Below, in pieces: positions 33,424 through 44,472 of a DNA stretch of 64,000 nt. This DNA comes from Escherichia phage vB_EcoM_G2494. The translations under genes were made by a program, and so were the position numbers. The notes below the pieces were generated by a model. The model did no database searches. It was given only the letters and a program-made list of their open reading frames with translations, and was not told the origin of the DNA. The stretch is taken from the sequence record MK327935.1; one strand, written 5' to 3'. Each line of letters starts with the position of its first letter. Within the stretch, counting starts at the first letter, position 1.

Positions 33424-35223
33424 ATGCTAATGTTTAATAACTCCGTTAAATGGTTTACCGGAATTGTAGAAAACAGGGAAGACCCATTAATGCTGGGGCG
33501 TGTTCAGGTTAGGATTCATGGTATACATCCCTCGCTATCCGCGCACGGTGACATTCAAGGTCTTCCAACCGAAGATCTATTATGGATTACGCCAGTACAA
33601 GATATTACAAGCGCGGCGATCTCCGGTATAGGTCAAAGCCCTACTGGTATTGTTGAAGGTTCAATGGTATTTGGTTTGGCTTTAGATGAACGTTATTTAA
33701 ACTGCGTTATTCTGGGTACTATTGCCGGACAATATACAGAGAAACCACTCACTACAGAGGGTTTTTGTGACCCTTCTGGTGCATATCCTCGTTATATTGG
33801 TAATGATGTTAATATTCTTGCTCGTGGCGGTATTAACCCAGAAACCGGGCAAACAACAAAACCTGATAGTGTCTATATTCGAGATGAAAACACTGGAGTT
33901 GCAGTAAATCCAGACGACGAGCCATTAGACCAAATTCCGGTTGATGATAATCCTGATTTTACAATAGAAAAAATGCTGCGGGGCGATGAGGGATATCGCG
34001 AGAAATGGTATCTTGATTCAGAAGGATATCCGACAATAGGCATCGGGCATTTGATCATTTATAAGAAAACCAGTGATCTGGGTATTATCAATAATGAACT
34101 TTCTAAGCTGGTAGGGCGTGAAGTTACAAACGGAAGACTTACAGCCGAAGAAGTTAGTAAAGTATTTGCTGACGATATAGAAAAGACTCGTCGTGATATG
34201 CGCAAACATCCACGAATTGCACCTGTCTATAATAAATGTAATGCCTCACGTCGTATGGCATTAGAAAATATGGCGTTTCAAATGGGTGTTAGTGGATTGG
34301 GTAAATTTAAGAATAGTCTTGCTGCGATGTTAGCGGAAGAATGGAAACAAGCCTATGATGGATTACGTCAATCGGTGTGGGCTAACCAAACTCCAGGACG
34401 TTCAAGCCGTGTTTCTAAAATTATTCTTACCGGTAACTTAGAATCATATGGCGTAATTGCTCCAAAGAAAGAGGAATCTGTTTCTGAGGATCCGCGAGCA
34501 CGTTTGAGAAATGCCCGTATTGCTGCCTATAAGACGCAGAGAGCAGAAGAAGACCCAGAAGCACCGTTTACCCCACAAGACACACGAATCATGTTTAAAG
34601 AGCCTAAGAGTTCGTATTCTGCAAGGTATCCATATAACCATGTGTACGAGTCAGAGAGCGGTCATATTATCGAGATTGATGATACTCCTTCTCATGAGCG
34701 ATATCATCGTAAACATCCTTCGGGTACATTTGAAGAAACCAGACCGGACGGAACGAGGGTAGAAAAGATTGAAGGTGATGATTATCTGATCGTTAAGCAA
34801 GGCCGTAAAGTAAACGTTAAGGGTAATTTGCAAGTTGTTGTTGAAGGTGACGCGCAAGTTTATTATATGGGTAATGTGATGCAAACCGTTGATGGTAACG
34901 TCACTGAATTTATTCGTGGCAATGTTAATCAGACCGTTGAAGGTACTGCTAACATGCATGTTGTCGGTGATGTTATCGCACAGCTTGACGCTAATTTAAC
35001 GGCTAATGTCAAGGGTAATGCTGAATTAATGATCGAGGGTAACACTACCGAAACAATTAAAGGTAACTATGATTTAACCGTTGAGGGTAATTTTAATATG
35101 ACCGTCAATGGCACTAAATCAGATCAGGTTAATGGTGACTGGTCCCGTAATTGTGGTGCAAGCGTTAAAGATATTGCATCTGGCACAGTTAAAATTGATG
35201 GTAGCCGTATTGATCTTGGGTGA
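33424..35223 (+). CDS. 5: baseplate hub / tail-associated lysozyme gp5
   Basis: 599 aa; N-terminal domain, T4-lysozyme-like GYPTIGIGHLI region and C-terminal VxGxxxV beta-helix repeats match T4 gp5. Confidence 0.9.
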   Translation: MLMFNNSVKWFTGIVENREDPLMLGRVQVRIHGIHPSLSAHGDIQGLPTEDLLWITPVQDITSAAISGIGQSPTGIVEGSMVFGLALDERYLNCVILGTIAGQYTEKPLTTEGFCDPSGAYPRYIGNDVNILARGGINPETGQTTKPDSVYIRDENTGVAVNPDDEPLDQIPVDDNPDFTIEKMLRGDEGYREKWYLDSEGYPTIGIGHLIIYKKTSDLGIINNELSKLVGREVTNGRLTAEEVSKVFADDIEKTRRDMRKHPRIAPVYNKCNASRRMALENMAFQMGVSGLGKFKNSLAAMLAEEWKQAYDGLRQSVWANQTPGRSSRVSKIILTGNLESYGVIAPKKEESVSEDPRARLRNARIAAYKTQRAEEDPEAPFTPQDTRIMFKEPKSSYSARYPYNHVYESESGHIIEIDDTPSHERYHRKHPSGTFEETRPDGTRVEKIEGDDYLIVKQGRKVNVKGNLQVVVEGDAQVYYMGNVMQTVDGNVTEFIRGNVNQTVEGTANMHVVGDVIAQLDANLTANVKGNAELMIEGNTTETIKGNYDLTVEGNFNMTVNGTKSDQVNGDWSRNCGASVKDIASGTVKIDGSRIDLG

Positions 35224-35231
35224 GGTAACTA

Positions 35232-35798
35232 ATGGTTGAAATTCTTCCGATGAGTTCAAAATTGGAGGATATCAGCGAGCGAGAAATCTTTGAGGTGGTG
35301 TTCTCTTATAAAGCAACGCCACCGGATGCAAATACCACATACACGATTAAAGAGTTTAAGATCAGCGAGTATCGCCCTAATAAGGGCGTTACCGTTGAAG
35401 AAACTAAAATATCTGGTGAGTATCGTGATAGTTTTTCGCTTGGCGCGGATTCTCTTAAATATATAACGAAAGATCGAATTAAAAAATCTGCCGGAAGTTT
35501 TGATGATTTACCAGATCCAACTACCGCAGATCTATATTATTTTAACGCTCCTACACGTCTACAGGAGGTTTATACTTATAAAGTAACCCTAACCTATATC
35601 CAATCTGTTTCAGAGTCTTCTGGGGGTTCTGGTGAAGGAAATAGTGGTGGTTCCAATAGCCGAGAGGGTGCTGGTGAAACTAATCCGCCTCCGGTAGTAA
35701 CAGAACACACAATAGAGAAAGTTTATACTCAAACCGTTTTTGGAAATTGGGATGTGTGGGCGCAGCAACTAAGAGATTATGTACATAGGGGTGTTTAA
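35232..35798 (+). CDS. hypothetical protein (position of T4 5.1)
   Basis: ORF track 188 aa; Gly/Ser-rich C-terminal segment. Confidence 0.45.
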   Translation: MVEILPMSSKLEDISEREIFEVVFSYKATPPDANTTYTIKEFKISEYRPNKGVTVEETKISGEYRDSFSLGADSLKYITKDRIKKSAGSFDDLPDPTTADLYYFNAPTRLQEVYTYKVTLTYIQSVSESSGGSGEGNSGGSNSREGAGETNPPPVVTEHTIEKVYTQTVFGNWDVWAQQLRDYVHRGV

Positions 35799-35852
35799 TG
35801 GCTGGCGGGTGTCGATGCCCCGCCGTCATAAATAGTTATATAATGATTTAAT

Positions 35853-36605
35853 ATGAGGTGTTTTATGATTAAAGTGCATGACGATTTCAAAGAACTTTAT
35901 AATGTATGCTCTGAACGTTTTTATTATGATGAAACGAGCGGAACAATTAGACGAAAATATGATTGTAAGAGCAATCATTATAAAGCGGGTGATGTAGTAG
36001 GATATAAAAGAAAACAAAAAAGAACAAATAGTGAAGATGATGTGTTCTATATGTTTACTAAGATTGATGGAGTTTCTTATTCAATTCAACAAATTGTCTT
36101 CTTGCTTACCGAAGGGTATATACCCAATTGCATCGATCATATTAACAGAGACACACTAGATAATCACCGTGAAAATCTTCGTGATGCATCGCGAAGCGGA
36201 AATGCTCGCAATAAATGCAAGGTATATAAAAATGGTTTCGCCTCTTCCGATTACATTGGTGTGTCTAAGCGGGGTTCTGGATTTAGGTGTCGTATTAGAA
36301 TAGACCATGTTATTGCATATGATGAAACGTTCGAAAATGAAACATCTGCCGCATATGCATATAACGTAGAATGTATAAAATTAGGTGTCAGTGAGTATAC
36401 CAACTTTAATAAATTTGAAGACGAAGAATCTGTTAGGAAACTTTACGAAAAAGAGAAAGAAAATAAAGAGTTTCAAGAATATTGGAAGGGAACACATAAA
36501 CAGGGTAAACGATGGGGCGCTAAAGTTAAGAGTGTGCGTTTGGGTACATTCGAAACAAGGGAAGAAGCTAGACTAGCTATAATTCGCTACAAAGAGGGGT
36601 TTTGA
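35853..36605 (+). CDS. HNH homing endonuclease (AP2/HNH_3-like), freestanding
   Basis: 250 aa; [21 protein letters not shown] motif; inserted between 5.1-like gene and gp5.4; own CATAAATA/TATAAT-like upstream signals. Confidence 0.75.
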   Translation: MRCFMIKVHDDFKELYNVCSERFYYDETSGTIRRKYDCKSNHYKAGDVVGYKRKQKRTNSEDDVFYMFTKIDGVSYSIQQIVFLLTEGYIPNCIDHINRDTLDNHRENLRDASRSGNARNKCKVYKNGFASSDYIGVSKRGSGFRCRIRIDHVIAYDETFENETSAAYAYNVECIKLGVSEYTNFNKFEDEESVRKLYEKEKENKEFQEYWKGTHKQGKRWGAKVKSVRLGTFETREEARLAIIRYKEGF

Positions 36606-36898
36606 TGGCTGGTTTATCATATGACAAAGCAAAAACTACTGGACATGGTAATTACGGTCCGACAATAATTAATGCAACTCAATCTAAGGTATTTGTTGAG
36701 GGTATCCCTGTATTAGTCGAAGGAGACCCAATTACACCACATACAAAAACAACAAAGCCTTATGATACACACGGGGGAACTACGGTCGCCAGTACCCCGA
36801 AAGTATTTGTTACCGGAAAGAAAGCAATTCAAATGGCAGATCGTATTAGCTGTGGCGATACCGTCGCTATGGCATCACCGAAGGTATTCATAAAATGA
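36602..36898 (+). CDS. 5.4: baseplate spike tip PAAR-repeat protein gp5.4
   Basis: 98 aa (T4 gp5.4 is 97 aa); position between 5 and 6. Confidence 0.7.
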   Translation: MMAGLSYDKAKTTGHGNYGPTIINATQSKVFVEGIPVLVEGDPITPHTKTTKPYDTHGGTTVASTPKVFVTGKKAIQMADRISCGDTVAMASPKVFIK

Positions 36899-38799
36899 CA
36901 AAGCAAAAGATTACACAAATTCCTGATATTTTTAATGCTGCTACATTCGATGAAATTAAAAGCGCATTAACAGACTGGATGAGAAACCAGGAAGAATTTA
37001 AAGATTTTGATTTTAATGGTGCTGGTATTAACGTATTGATGGACTTGCTCGCATATAACACTCTGTATATTCAGCAATTCGCTAACGCCGCGCTATATGA
37101 ATCTTTTATCAGAACGGCAATTAAGCGTAGTTCAGTTGTTCAAGCCGCGCAAGATTTAGGATATTTGCCAGCAAGTAAAACTAGTGCATCGACCACAATT
37201 ATGTTGCACGTATCACATCCGCGAAATCCGGCAAGTATTCGAATCCCACGAGGAACTAAATTTATTGCAAGTGTGGATCGCCAGACTTCTTACCCGTTTG
37301 TGACTACAGAAGACGTTGTGAGCGTTTTAGGTTCAAATGGTTTATATACGCCTATGCTTAAAGTCGCACAAGGTCGTATTGTTCGTACAGAAATGTTATT
37401 TGATCCGAAGAAACAAATTCTGATCCGTGATCCTGATATTGACCGCGCTCAGGTTAAGTTGTGGGTAGATGGTGCTGAATGGAAAGACTGGACACGAGAA
37501 AGCATTGTTAACGCAACTGGCGCTAGTAATATTTTCTATATGCGTGAAACCGTAGACGGTCATACAGAAATCTTCTTTGGTGAAGGTGAATCAACTTTAT
37601 CTGCTGCTGGCGGGGCGCTGGAAGCAAATTATATTGGTGGACTTAAGCCGTCAACTGGTGCTAATATTGTTATCGAATATATTAGCACTAAAGGCGCGGA
37701 AGCAAACGGTTCAGTTAATTTTACATATGCGGATACCCTTGCATCTATCTCTATTGTTAAAATTATTGAGAATCCGACAAATGATCGTGATTATGTCGGT
37801 GCAGATGGTGGTGGTGATCCTGAATCAATCGAACGTATCCGTGAACTTGCTCCGGTAATGCGTGAATCTCAGCGTCGTTGTGTGACTGCTTCCGACTATG
37901 AGGCTTTTGTGTCTAGCCGTTTTGGTAGTATTGTTCAGGCGGTACAATGTTTCACCGACCGAGAAAAACCGGGTTATGCTTTTGTTGCTGTTAAGCCTAA
38001 ATCTGGCTTGCGCTTGACAACCGTTCAAAAAGAAGATATGCGGGATTATCTGGCAAAATATAACCTTGCCCCTATCACGCCGAGCATCATTGACCCTAAC
38101 TATCTGTATATTAAACAGAATATTAAAGTTTCCTATTCAATCAACGACTTGTCAGAATCAGAGCAGTGGTTGCGCGGTGCGGTTATTGATCAGATTGATG
38201 CATATTATACCGACGAAGTGGAAATTTTTAACCAGACCTTTAGTAAGTCTAAAATGCTTGCGCGTATTGACAAAGCTGATGTATCTGTGATAGGTTCTAG
38301 TGCAGAAATCGAGATGGTGCGCGAGATCGACAACTTCTATAAAGCACCGATGGCGGGAATCAAGTTTTTAAACCAGTATAAGAGCGGAATCAAGTCTAGT
38401 TCATTCAACTTCGAAAAGGACGACAAGCAATATCCGATCCATTATGTAAGTACAGAAATGAACAAAGAATCAGGTTTAGCTAAATTGTTGGTTGGACCTT
38501 TCCCTGTTGATTCTACAATCGCTTTACCGCACTATTCCGGCACTGATTTTGATAAAGAGGTTATTGACGGGGCGGACCTATACTTTGAGGTTGGAGAAGT
38601 TCAGCATTATGACGACCTTATTTCATGGGATCTGGGTAAACTGAATATCAATAGCGATCGCTTTACTGGTTCATATATTGAGTTGACAGCTAAACCGATT
38701 GCTGATAACATCTTTACTAAAGACGGTTCTTTGATCGTGTTTGAAAACGATCTCCGTCCTCAGTACACAACTATTAGTCTGGAGGCAATTGCTCAATGA
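36895..38799 (+). CDS. 6: baseplate wedge protein gp6
   Basis: 634 aa; synteny and size (T4 660 aa). Confidence 0.8.
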   Translation: MTKQKITQIPDIFNAATFDEIKSALTDWMRNQEEFKDFDFNGAGINVLMDLLAYNTLYIQQFANAALYESFIRTAIKRSSVVQAAQDLGYLPASKTSASTTIMLHVSHPRNPASIRIPRGTKFIASVDRQTSYPFVTTEDVVSVLGSNGLYTPMLKVAQGRIVRTEMLFDPKKQILIRDPDIDRAQVKLWVDGAEWKDWTRESIVNATGASNIFYMRETVDGHTEIFFGEGESTLSAAGGALEANYIGGLKPSTGANIVIEYISTKGAEANGSVNFTYADTLASISIVKIIENPTNDRDYVGADGGGDPESIERIRELAPVMRESQRRCVTASDYEAFVSSRFGSIVQAVQCFTDREKPGYAFVAVKPKSGLRLTTVQKEDMRDYLAKYNLAPITPSIIDPNYLYIKQNIKVSYSINDLSESEQWLRGAVIDQIDAYYTDEVEIFNQTFSKSKMLARIDKADVSVIGSSAEIEMVREIDNFYKAPMAGIKFLNQYKSGIKSSSFNFEKDDKQYPIHYVSTEMNKESGLAKLLVGPFPVDSTIALPHYSGTDFDKEVIDGADLYFEVGEVQHYDDLISWDLGKLNINSDRFTGSYIELTAKPIADNIFTKDGSLIVFENDLRPQYTTISLEAIAQ

Positions 38800-41700
38800 T
38801 TAAAGCGCCTAGTGTAACTAGCTTGACAATAGAAAAATTGTCTGCTAATCAGGCGTATATCACATGGGATGACGTAGGCGAAAACTTCTTTTATTTTGTG
38901 GAGTTAGCCGAAACCAGAACACGAGACGGGGAGATCATCCCCGTCGATGAGTTAAGCTGGGTAAACCTGGGATATACTGCCGACCAAAACTGGTTTGAGG
39001 ATAAAAACCTTTTTCCAGAATATTATTACAAATTTCGTGTAGCAGTAGCCGCAGAAGGATTTGAACAAAGTAAATGGATTGAAACCGAAGAGTTTCAGAC
39101 ATTTAAAACAAACGCATATAATTTTTCTATGATGCGAGAGTTCAACCTTGCAAACGAGTTTATAAAGGAAAAATTTACATACGATAATCGAGAGTATGTC
39201 AAGTTTAATACCGACCTTATTCAAGCATCATTGATGAAGGAAGATTTTGTCTTTAGTCCTGAATATGCAAACATGACAAATATCTCAAACTACATTGTAG
39301 TTGATGAGAACTTTCATGAAATACAGGATCACATAGAAAAAGTTTGTATTGATATAAACCGCACTATGTTAGCGGAAATGAACGGTGTTTTGTACCTTTT
39401 CGAACGGTTCCAGCCGATTGTGAAAGTGTCAAATGATAAAGGTCAATCATGGAAAGCATACAAGGCTTTTAATGACCGTGTAGGAAATCCGGTTTCCCGC
39501 ACATGCGTTTATCAGTCTAAAACCACTACTTACGTTTTAGGATATGACCGAATCTTTTACGGACGACAAGCTAGCGATACTCGATGGAGCGCGGACGATG
39601 TTCGATTTAGTGATGATACGATCACTTTTGCAAAGGTTGGTGACGAGAACGATTTAGGCATTGACGTTGAGGTCTTTGGTGTATTTTCCAGATTAACAGG
39701 GGACACCACAAAATACGCCGAAGCTATGGCGTGCAGTGATGACTATTTGTGGGTTGGTGCTAAAGATGTTATTCGCCGGATTCGTCTTAAGAATACTCCA
39801 GTTGATACCGTACAGGGTTCGCCTACGTTTGGAGAAAAAATATTCGATCCTGATGTTATCCGAGTAACAGGAAATGATAAAGCTGTCATTCAGAAAATGG
39901 ATGTGATCGACGGTAAATTGCTTGTATTTGTTACTGGTGAAGTTAAACAGCGTTATCAAGATCCAACCAAACCAGAAAACGTTGTTCCGTCAGATGATGC
40001 GGGTGTATACTTAATAGGGAGTGATGGTCTGTCTTTTCAGAGAGTATTTGGCAACACTCCGCAGGAAAGGGAATATATTCAGCATGGGTTCAGTAATATG
40101 TCAACCAATGGTGATGAGGTGTTTATAAGCCATTATAATCATCACTTCGAAAGCATTTTACCTGATCCAGAAACTGCCGCGAAATATGAATTGGGCGAAG
40201 CTGTAAAATATTCTCAGGAGCCAACTTATCTAACTGATAAGAAAATACATCAAACTACTTTCAGAGCAAGTTATGATGATTTGCGTATTTGGGAGTTAGG
40301 ACCGCAAGCGTATTATAATGAGGCCGACTATACATGGATGCGTCGAAACGGTGTTCGTGTATGGATCACAAATGATAATCGCCCGTTGGTTGTTTATCCA
40401 GAAGTTGTCTATACGCAGGAAGTTGATACTTCCGGCATTCTTGATAAAAACAGAATTAACCGTGAAGTTTATGATAAAGGGACCGTGACCTGTTATCTTA
40501 ACAATGTTAAATTTGAAGGATTCAAACAATATGCATCCGGTGTAATGTTCCATAAAAACACGGGAGAGATCATTGGATTCTATCAATTTAATTATCGTGT
40601 TCGTGACCAAGTTGGTGTATATTGGAAACCTACAAATGTAGCATTTGTTGCTGAATTGCAAAATCAGGTTCGAGAGGTTCCCTGGGTTCCGGTTCACTAC
40701 GATCGAGAGCAAGATCCAGATTTGCGACCTTTACTGAATAAGATGACACCTGATAGCTTTTTACTTGAGAACGAAAATTTCAGAAAATTCTCTGAATATT
40801 ATCTGCAATTCTTAAGTGATGGTTCAGGAACATATTATAATAAACTAAAAAATCTGATTAAAAACAAATATCCACGCGAGCAAGATGCATATGAGTATCT
40901 TTGGTCAGAGATGAACAAACGAAACATCTATGCAGATAAAAACAAGCGAGATGCGGTAGTAAGATTCTTTGAATCCCGCAAATCAGATTTTTATTCCACT
41001 AAGGGCGTGGAGGCTTCTTATAAGTTCTTGTTTAAGTTACTTTATAATGAAGATGTGGAAATTGAGGTTGAATCACAAGCCGGACTAGAGTATGATATTG
41101 TTGTTAGTTCAACGAACATTGACGAGGATATCGTAGGTCGCACGATTTATACCCCGACCGGACGGGCTAACGTGACTTATCTTGAAAGGGAATATGAAGG
41201 TGGACGTCTACGCTGGCGAGTAACCATTCATAACCTGATCGGGCGGTTCGAAGAAGGTCAAGTGATCAAATCAGAGAAAACAGCGTTTGAAGGGATGATC
41301 CTTGTTGGTGTGCGTGGTAAAGAGTTGTTGAGTAGTTCAATCGACTATATCAACCGCTCACGAAGCCAATACACCATGAAGATTAAAAGTGCATTGCCAG
41401 TTTCGCGCTATGCAAATGATGTAATGCGATTCGTTCATCCTGTCGGCTTTGGGTTTATCGGTGTTACCCTGCTTACGATGTTCATTAACAGCGGGTTGAG
41501 CATGAAGCACACCGAGACGATAATTCAATCTCTGAAAAATTATAAGTTTGACAGCGGATTGCCTAGCGTGTATCCTGATCGGGTGGCAGACCTTGACGTT
41601 GACGGAAACATTAAGAAAGACCCACTAACAGGGAAACCATTATACTTAACGTCACCGACAATGGGCGAAGAGTTCCCCGTTCCTCCTGAATATGATCAGG

Positions 41701-41882
41701 AGAACAGCGAATTGTTCCACGGACTTAAAGCAAGCGAACGAAGATTTGCAATGAGTCCACTGTTTGACCAGTCGGCGGTAACATTCTCTATGTTCCGTGA
41801 ACTTGTAGATAAACGGTTGAAGGATAATATAGGGAATCCACGCGATCCGAAGAATCCGACACAGAGGAAAATTAATGGCTAA
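38796..41882 (+). CDS. 7: baseplate wedge initiator gp7
   Basis: 1028 aa (T4 1032 aa); synteny. Confidence 0.8.
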   Translation: MIKAPSVTSLTIEKLSANQAYITWDDVGENFFYFVELAETRTRDGEIIPVDELSWVNLGYTADQNWFEDKNLFPEYYYKFRVAVAAEGFEQSKWIETEEFQTFKTNAYNFSMMREFNLANEFIKEKFTYDNREYVKFNTDLIQASLMKEDFVFSPEYANMTNISNYIVVDENFHEIQDHIEKVCIDINRTMLAEMNGVLYLFERFQPIVKVSNDKGQSWKAYKAFNDRVGNPVSRTCVYQSKTTTYVLGYDRIFYGRQASDTRWSADDVRFSDDTITFAKVGDENDLGIDVEVFGVFSRLTGDTTKYAEAMACSDDYLWVGAKDVIRRIRLKNTPVDTVQGSPTFGEKIFDPDVIRVTGNDKAVIQKMDVIDGKLLVFVTGEVKQRYQDPTKPENVVPSDDAGVYLIGSDGLSFQRVFGNTPQEREYIQHGFSNMSTNGDEVFISHYNHHFESILPDPETAAKYELGEAVKYSQEPTYLTDKKIHQTTFRASYDDLRIWELGPQAYYNEADYTWMRRNGVRVWITNDNRPLVVYPEVVYTQEVDTSGILDKNRINREVYDKGTVTCYLNNVKFEGFKQYASGVMFHKNTGEIIGFYQFNYRVRDQVGVYWKPTNVAFVAELQNQVREVPWVPVHYDREQDPDLRPLLNKMTPDSFLLENENFRKFSEYYLQFLSDGSGTYYNKLKNLIKNKYPREQDAYEYLWSEMNKRNIYADKNKRDAVVRFFESRKSDFYSTKGVEASYKFLFKLLYNEDVEIEVESQAGLEYDIVVSSTNIDEDIVGRTIYTPTGRANVTYLEREYEGGRLRWRVTIHNLIGRFEEGQVIKSEKTAFEGMILVGVRGKELLSSSIDYINRSRSQYTMKIKSALPVSRYANDVMRFVHPVGFGFIGVTLLTMFINSGLSMKHTETIIQSLKNYKFDSGLPSVYPDRVADLDVDGNIKKDPLTGKPLYLTSPTMGEEFPVPPEYDQENSELFHGLKASERRFAMSPLFDQSAVTFSMFRELVDKRLKDNIGNPRDPKNPTQRKING

Positions 41883-42870
41883 TGAAAATAGTGTGATCTA
41901 TCGCTCAATCATTACTAGTAAATTCAGAACGGAAAAACTTCTGAATTTCTATAATTCTGTAGGCGATGAGGCAAATCAAATTACAATTTATGGAACGTTT
42001 GGACGTTCGGAGCCGTGGTCAGAAAACGAAAAAGAGGTGGGCTTTGCCCCACCTTATCCGACCGATTCAACGGCTGGTGTTGTTGACATGTGGACCCATA
42101 TGATGGGGGCGGTTAAGATTAACAAATCACTTCTTGATGCGGTTATCCCTCGTAAAGATTGGGGTGATACCGGACAGGATAACCCGCGCACATTCTTTAT
42201 CAATGACATTGTTGTTGTCAACTCAGCACCATATAACCGAACTGATGTTGGTAGCGGCTGGATGGTGTATCGCGTAACCGATGTTCCTGATCGCGGTTAC
42301 TGCTCGATTTCAAGCATTGACGCTAAAGTAGAGTGTTTGAAGTTGGGCGGAAAGTGGACACCCACTCATGAATCAATTGCGCCACCTGTAGGAAAGGGCG
42401 ATTCTATTGATATGGGTGATGGGTATCGTTGGGAATATCTGTACACAATTCCACCTGATGCGGCGATCAACCGTTGCACCAATGAACATATTGTTGTACC
42501 GTTCCCCGATGAACTGCGACAAGATCCGGCGCGTTGGGGCTATGACAATGTGATCACATGGTATAATGACTATAATCTTCTTTATCGGCTGAAAGTAGTA
42601 ACTTTGCGTTTTCAGGCTTATATGGACTCTGCGCAATTCCCAACTACCGCGTTAGTGGGTAATACTGGTTTCCGTCAGTTAAGCATTATCCTTAACCCAT
42701 TGGAAAAGAAAGCACGCCCTAGCGATCCAGACGTTAAAGCGGTCAAAGATAAGTACCGACCGCAAGACTTAGAGCCACACTCAGGCGAAATGATCTACAT
42801 GGAAAACCGACAACCTATCGTTCGGTCATTAGATCAAACAGAACTTGTTTCTGTATTGTTTGAGTTCTAA
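41875..42870 (+). CDS. 8: baseplate wedge protein gp8
   Basis: 331 aa (T4 334 aa); synteny. Confidence 0.8.
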   Translation: MANENSVIYRSIITSKFRTEKLLNFYNSVGDEANQITIYGTFGRSEPWSENEKEVGFAPPYPTDSTAGVVDMWTHMMGAVKINKSLLDAVIPRKDWGDTGQDNPRTFFINDIVVVNSAPYNRTDVGSGWMVYRVTDVPDRGYCSISSIDAKVECLKLGGKWTPTHESIAPPVGKGDSIDMGDGYRWEYLYTIPPDAAINRCTNEHIVVPFPDELRQDPARWGYDNVITWYNDYNLLYRLKVVTLRFQAYMDSAQFPTTALVGNTGFRQLSIILNPLEKKARPSDPDVKAVKDKYRPQDLEPHSGEMIYMENRQPIVRSLDQTELVSVLFEF

Positions 42871-42883
42871 GTGTATGATTTTA

Positions 42884-42918
42884 AAAGCCAATTCGAGAGA
42901 GTTGGCTTTTTCTATTTT
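42884..42918 (+). terminator. rho-independent terminator after gene 8
   Basis: Hairpin agccaa...ttggct followed by TTTTCTATTTT. Confidence 0.55.
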
Positions 42919-42923
42919 GAGTG

Positions 42924-42951
42924 TTGACAATCTTATTTGGTAAGGTATAAT
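42924..42951 (+). promoter_or_regulatory. consensus sigma70 promoter (TTGACA-16-TATAAT) inside the late module
   Basis: gtgTTGACAatcttatttggtaaggTATAATac, followed by GGAGGA SD and ATG at 42981. Confidence 0.65.
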
Positions 42952-42980
42952 ACACACATCTAAACAACGGAGGATAAATT

Positions 42981-43238
42981 ATGGCACGTCGTAAATTTAC
43001 AGATAATTGTGAAGCAATTCAGGTATCCCCTTGCGGTTGGGATGTGATCGCGAACGGTGAAAAGATCGGAGAGATCATCGATCATACTCATTCATCATTA
43101 GCCGATTACACCGATGAACTGTGGGAGGGTATCAACTTCATGAATGACACTAAACGATTCAAGACTATCGACGAAGCTATCTATTTTGTGTATAATCCAA
43201 CTTTCGGTATGTGGGGAACTAGAAAATGGCACGCGTAA
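42981..43238 (+). CDS. hypothetical protein (first gene of inserted cassette)
   Basis: ORF track 85 aa; strong SD. Confidence 0.5.
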   Translation: MARRKFTDNCEAIQVSPCGWDVIANGEKIGEIIDHTHSSLADYTDELWEGINFMNDTKRFKTIDEAIYFVYNPTFGMWGTRKWHA

Positions 43239-43558
43239 ATATTAAATTGCATTACACAATGAATAAAGCTAAGTTCCCAATGCAAAAGCATTACTATGGT
43301 CTACGTGCACAAGATCCTAAACTCTATGGTACTCATTGGTTTTGTAAACATGATAACCAATGGCACACATACGAAGAAATGCACGAGATGATGAAACAGG
43401 GTATTGAATTTAGTTATTCTAATTATGACCATCGTATAACTTGCATTCGAAAATTGAAACGATGGATTCGTAAGAATCCGCAATTTAAAAACTTTGTGTT
43501 CTTTATGTCTCATGTTTATTTGGGACATAGCGTTACCGTCACAGCAAAGGTTAAATAA
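43226..43558 (+). CDS. hypothetical protein (second gene of cassette)
   Basis: ORF track 110 aa; overlaps neighbours (translational coupling). Confidence 0.5.
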   Translation: MARVNIKLHYTMNKAKFPMQKHYYGLRAQDPKLYGTHWFCKHDNQWHTYEEMHEMMKQGIEFSYSNYDHRITCIRKLKRWIRKNPQFKNFVFFMSHVYLGHSVTVTAKVK

Positions 43559-44397
43559 TGGCACGACTTTCTAAACAAGAACAAAAATTACACGATCGGG
43601 CGATGGAGTTGATTAATTCAGATCGTCCATTGACATTTGAAGAAAAAGAATTTTGCTATAACAATTATCATGGCGATGGACTAGGTGGTTCCGGTGCATT
43701 CTTTACCCCAGAATGGCTTGCCTGGGATTTTACCATTGATGCACACTGCACCGGAAAAGTATTAGATCTTTGTGCGGGGATCGGTCGCTTATCTTTTTGT
43801 ATGTTACATCGTTGTAAGCCAGAAAAGATCGTATGCGTCGAACTCAATCCAGAATTTGCGCGGATTGGCAAGCGACTATTACCGGAGGCAGAATGGATCA
43901 CCAGCGATGTATTCGAATTTGAGTCAAACGAAAAATTCGATGTGGTGATCAGCAATCCACCTTTCGGTAAAATCAATACTACAGACACAAAGGATGTATT
44001 TGAATATACTGGCGGTGAGTTTGAATTTAAGGTTATGACGTTAGGCCAGAAGTTTGCCGATGTAGGTTATTTTATTGTTCCTGCTAGTTCCGCTGGGTTT
44101 GCTTATTCCGGTAGACCTTATTATGATGAATCAGTGAAGTCTAATAAATATCTAAAATGGAGCAAACAAACTGGTTTGGTGACTTACGCCGGATGTGGGA
44201 TCGATACATCAATCTATCGCGATGAATGGCATAGTACCAACGTTTTAACAGAAGTGGTTGAGGTTCGGTATTACGAGAAAGAAGCCGTAGAAGCGCCTAA
44301 ATCACGTCCTAACGAACAAATAGAAGAAAGTAAGGAGATCACCTTACCGAAACAGGAAAGCGAGTCTGGGACGCTCTCAGATTTGTTTGACATTTAA
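43558..44397 (+). CDS. SAM-dependent amino-methyltransferase (probable N6-adenine DNA MTase, gamma-type motif order)
   Basis: 279 aa; FFTPEWLAWDF, motif I VLDLCAGIGRL, motif IV VISNPPFGK in order X-I-IV. Confidence 0.7.
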   Translation: MARLSKQEQKLHDRAMELINSDRPLTFEEKEFCYNNYHGDGLGGSGAFFTPEWLAWDFTIDAHCTGKVLDLCAGIGRLSFCMLHRCKPEKIVCVELNPEFARIGKRLLPEAEWITSDVFEFESNEKFDVVISNPPFGKINTTDTKDVFEYTGGEFEFKVMTLGQKFADVGYFIVPASSAGFAYSGRPYYDESVKSNKYLKWSKQTGLVTYAGCGIDTSIYRDEWHSTNVLTEVVEVRYYEKEAVEAPKSRPNEQIEESKEITLPKQESESGTLSDLFDI

Positions 44398-44402
44398 TTA
44401 TA

Positions 44403-44428
44403 AGCCGTCCTTGTGGGCGGCTTTTTTG
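44403..44428 (+). terminator. rho-independent terminator after the methyltransferase cassette
   Basis: Hairpin gccgtcc-ttgt-gggcggc followed by TTTTTT. Confidence 0.65.
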
Positions 44429-44448
44429 TATGTATTTTATAAATAATA

Positions 44449-44456
44449 CATCATAA
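44449..44456 (+). promoter_or_regulatory. T4 late promoter box TATAAATA (gene 9)
   Basis: TATAAATA 17 nt upstream of the gp9 ATG. Confidence 0.55.
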
Positions 44457-44472
44457 CATGAGGAATTAAACA

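Noticed and set aside
33722-34959. Short ORFs inside gene 5 on either strand
   Set aside because: gp5 is colinear with T4 gp5 over the whole interval; these are frame shadows.
37577-41000. Internal and antisense ORFs inside genes 6 and 7 (e.g. 37577-37858, 38952-39224, 40296-40712)
   Set aside because: Nested in long, syntenic structural genes; no independent start signals.
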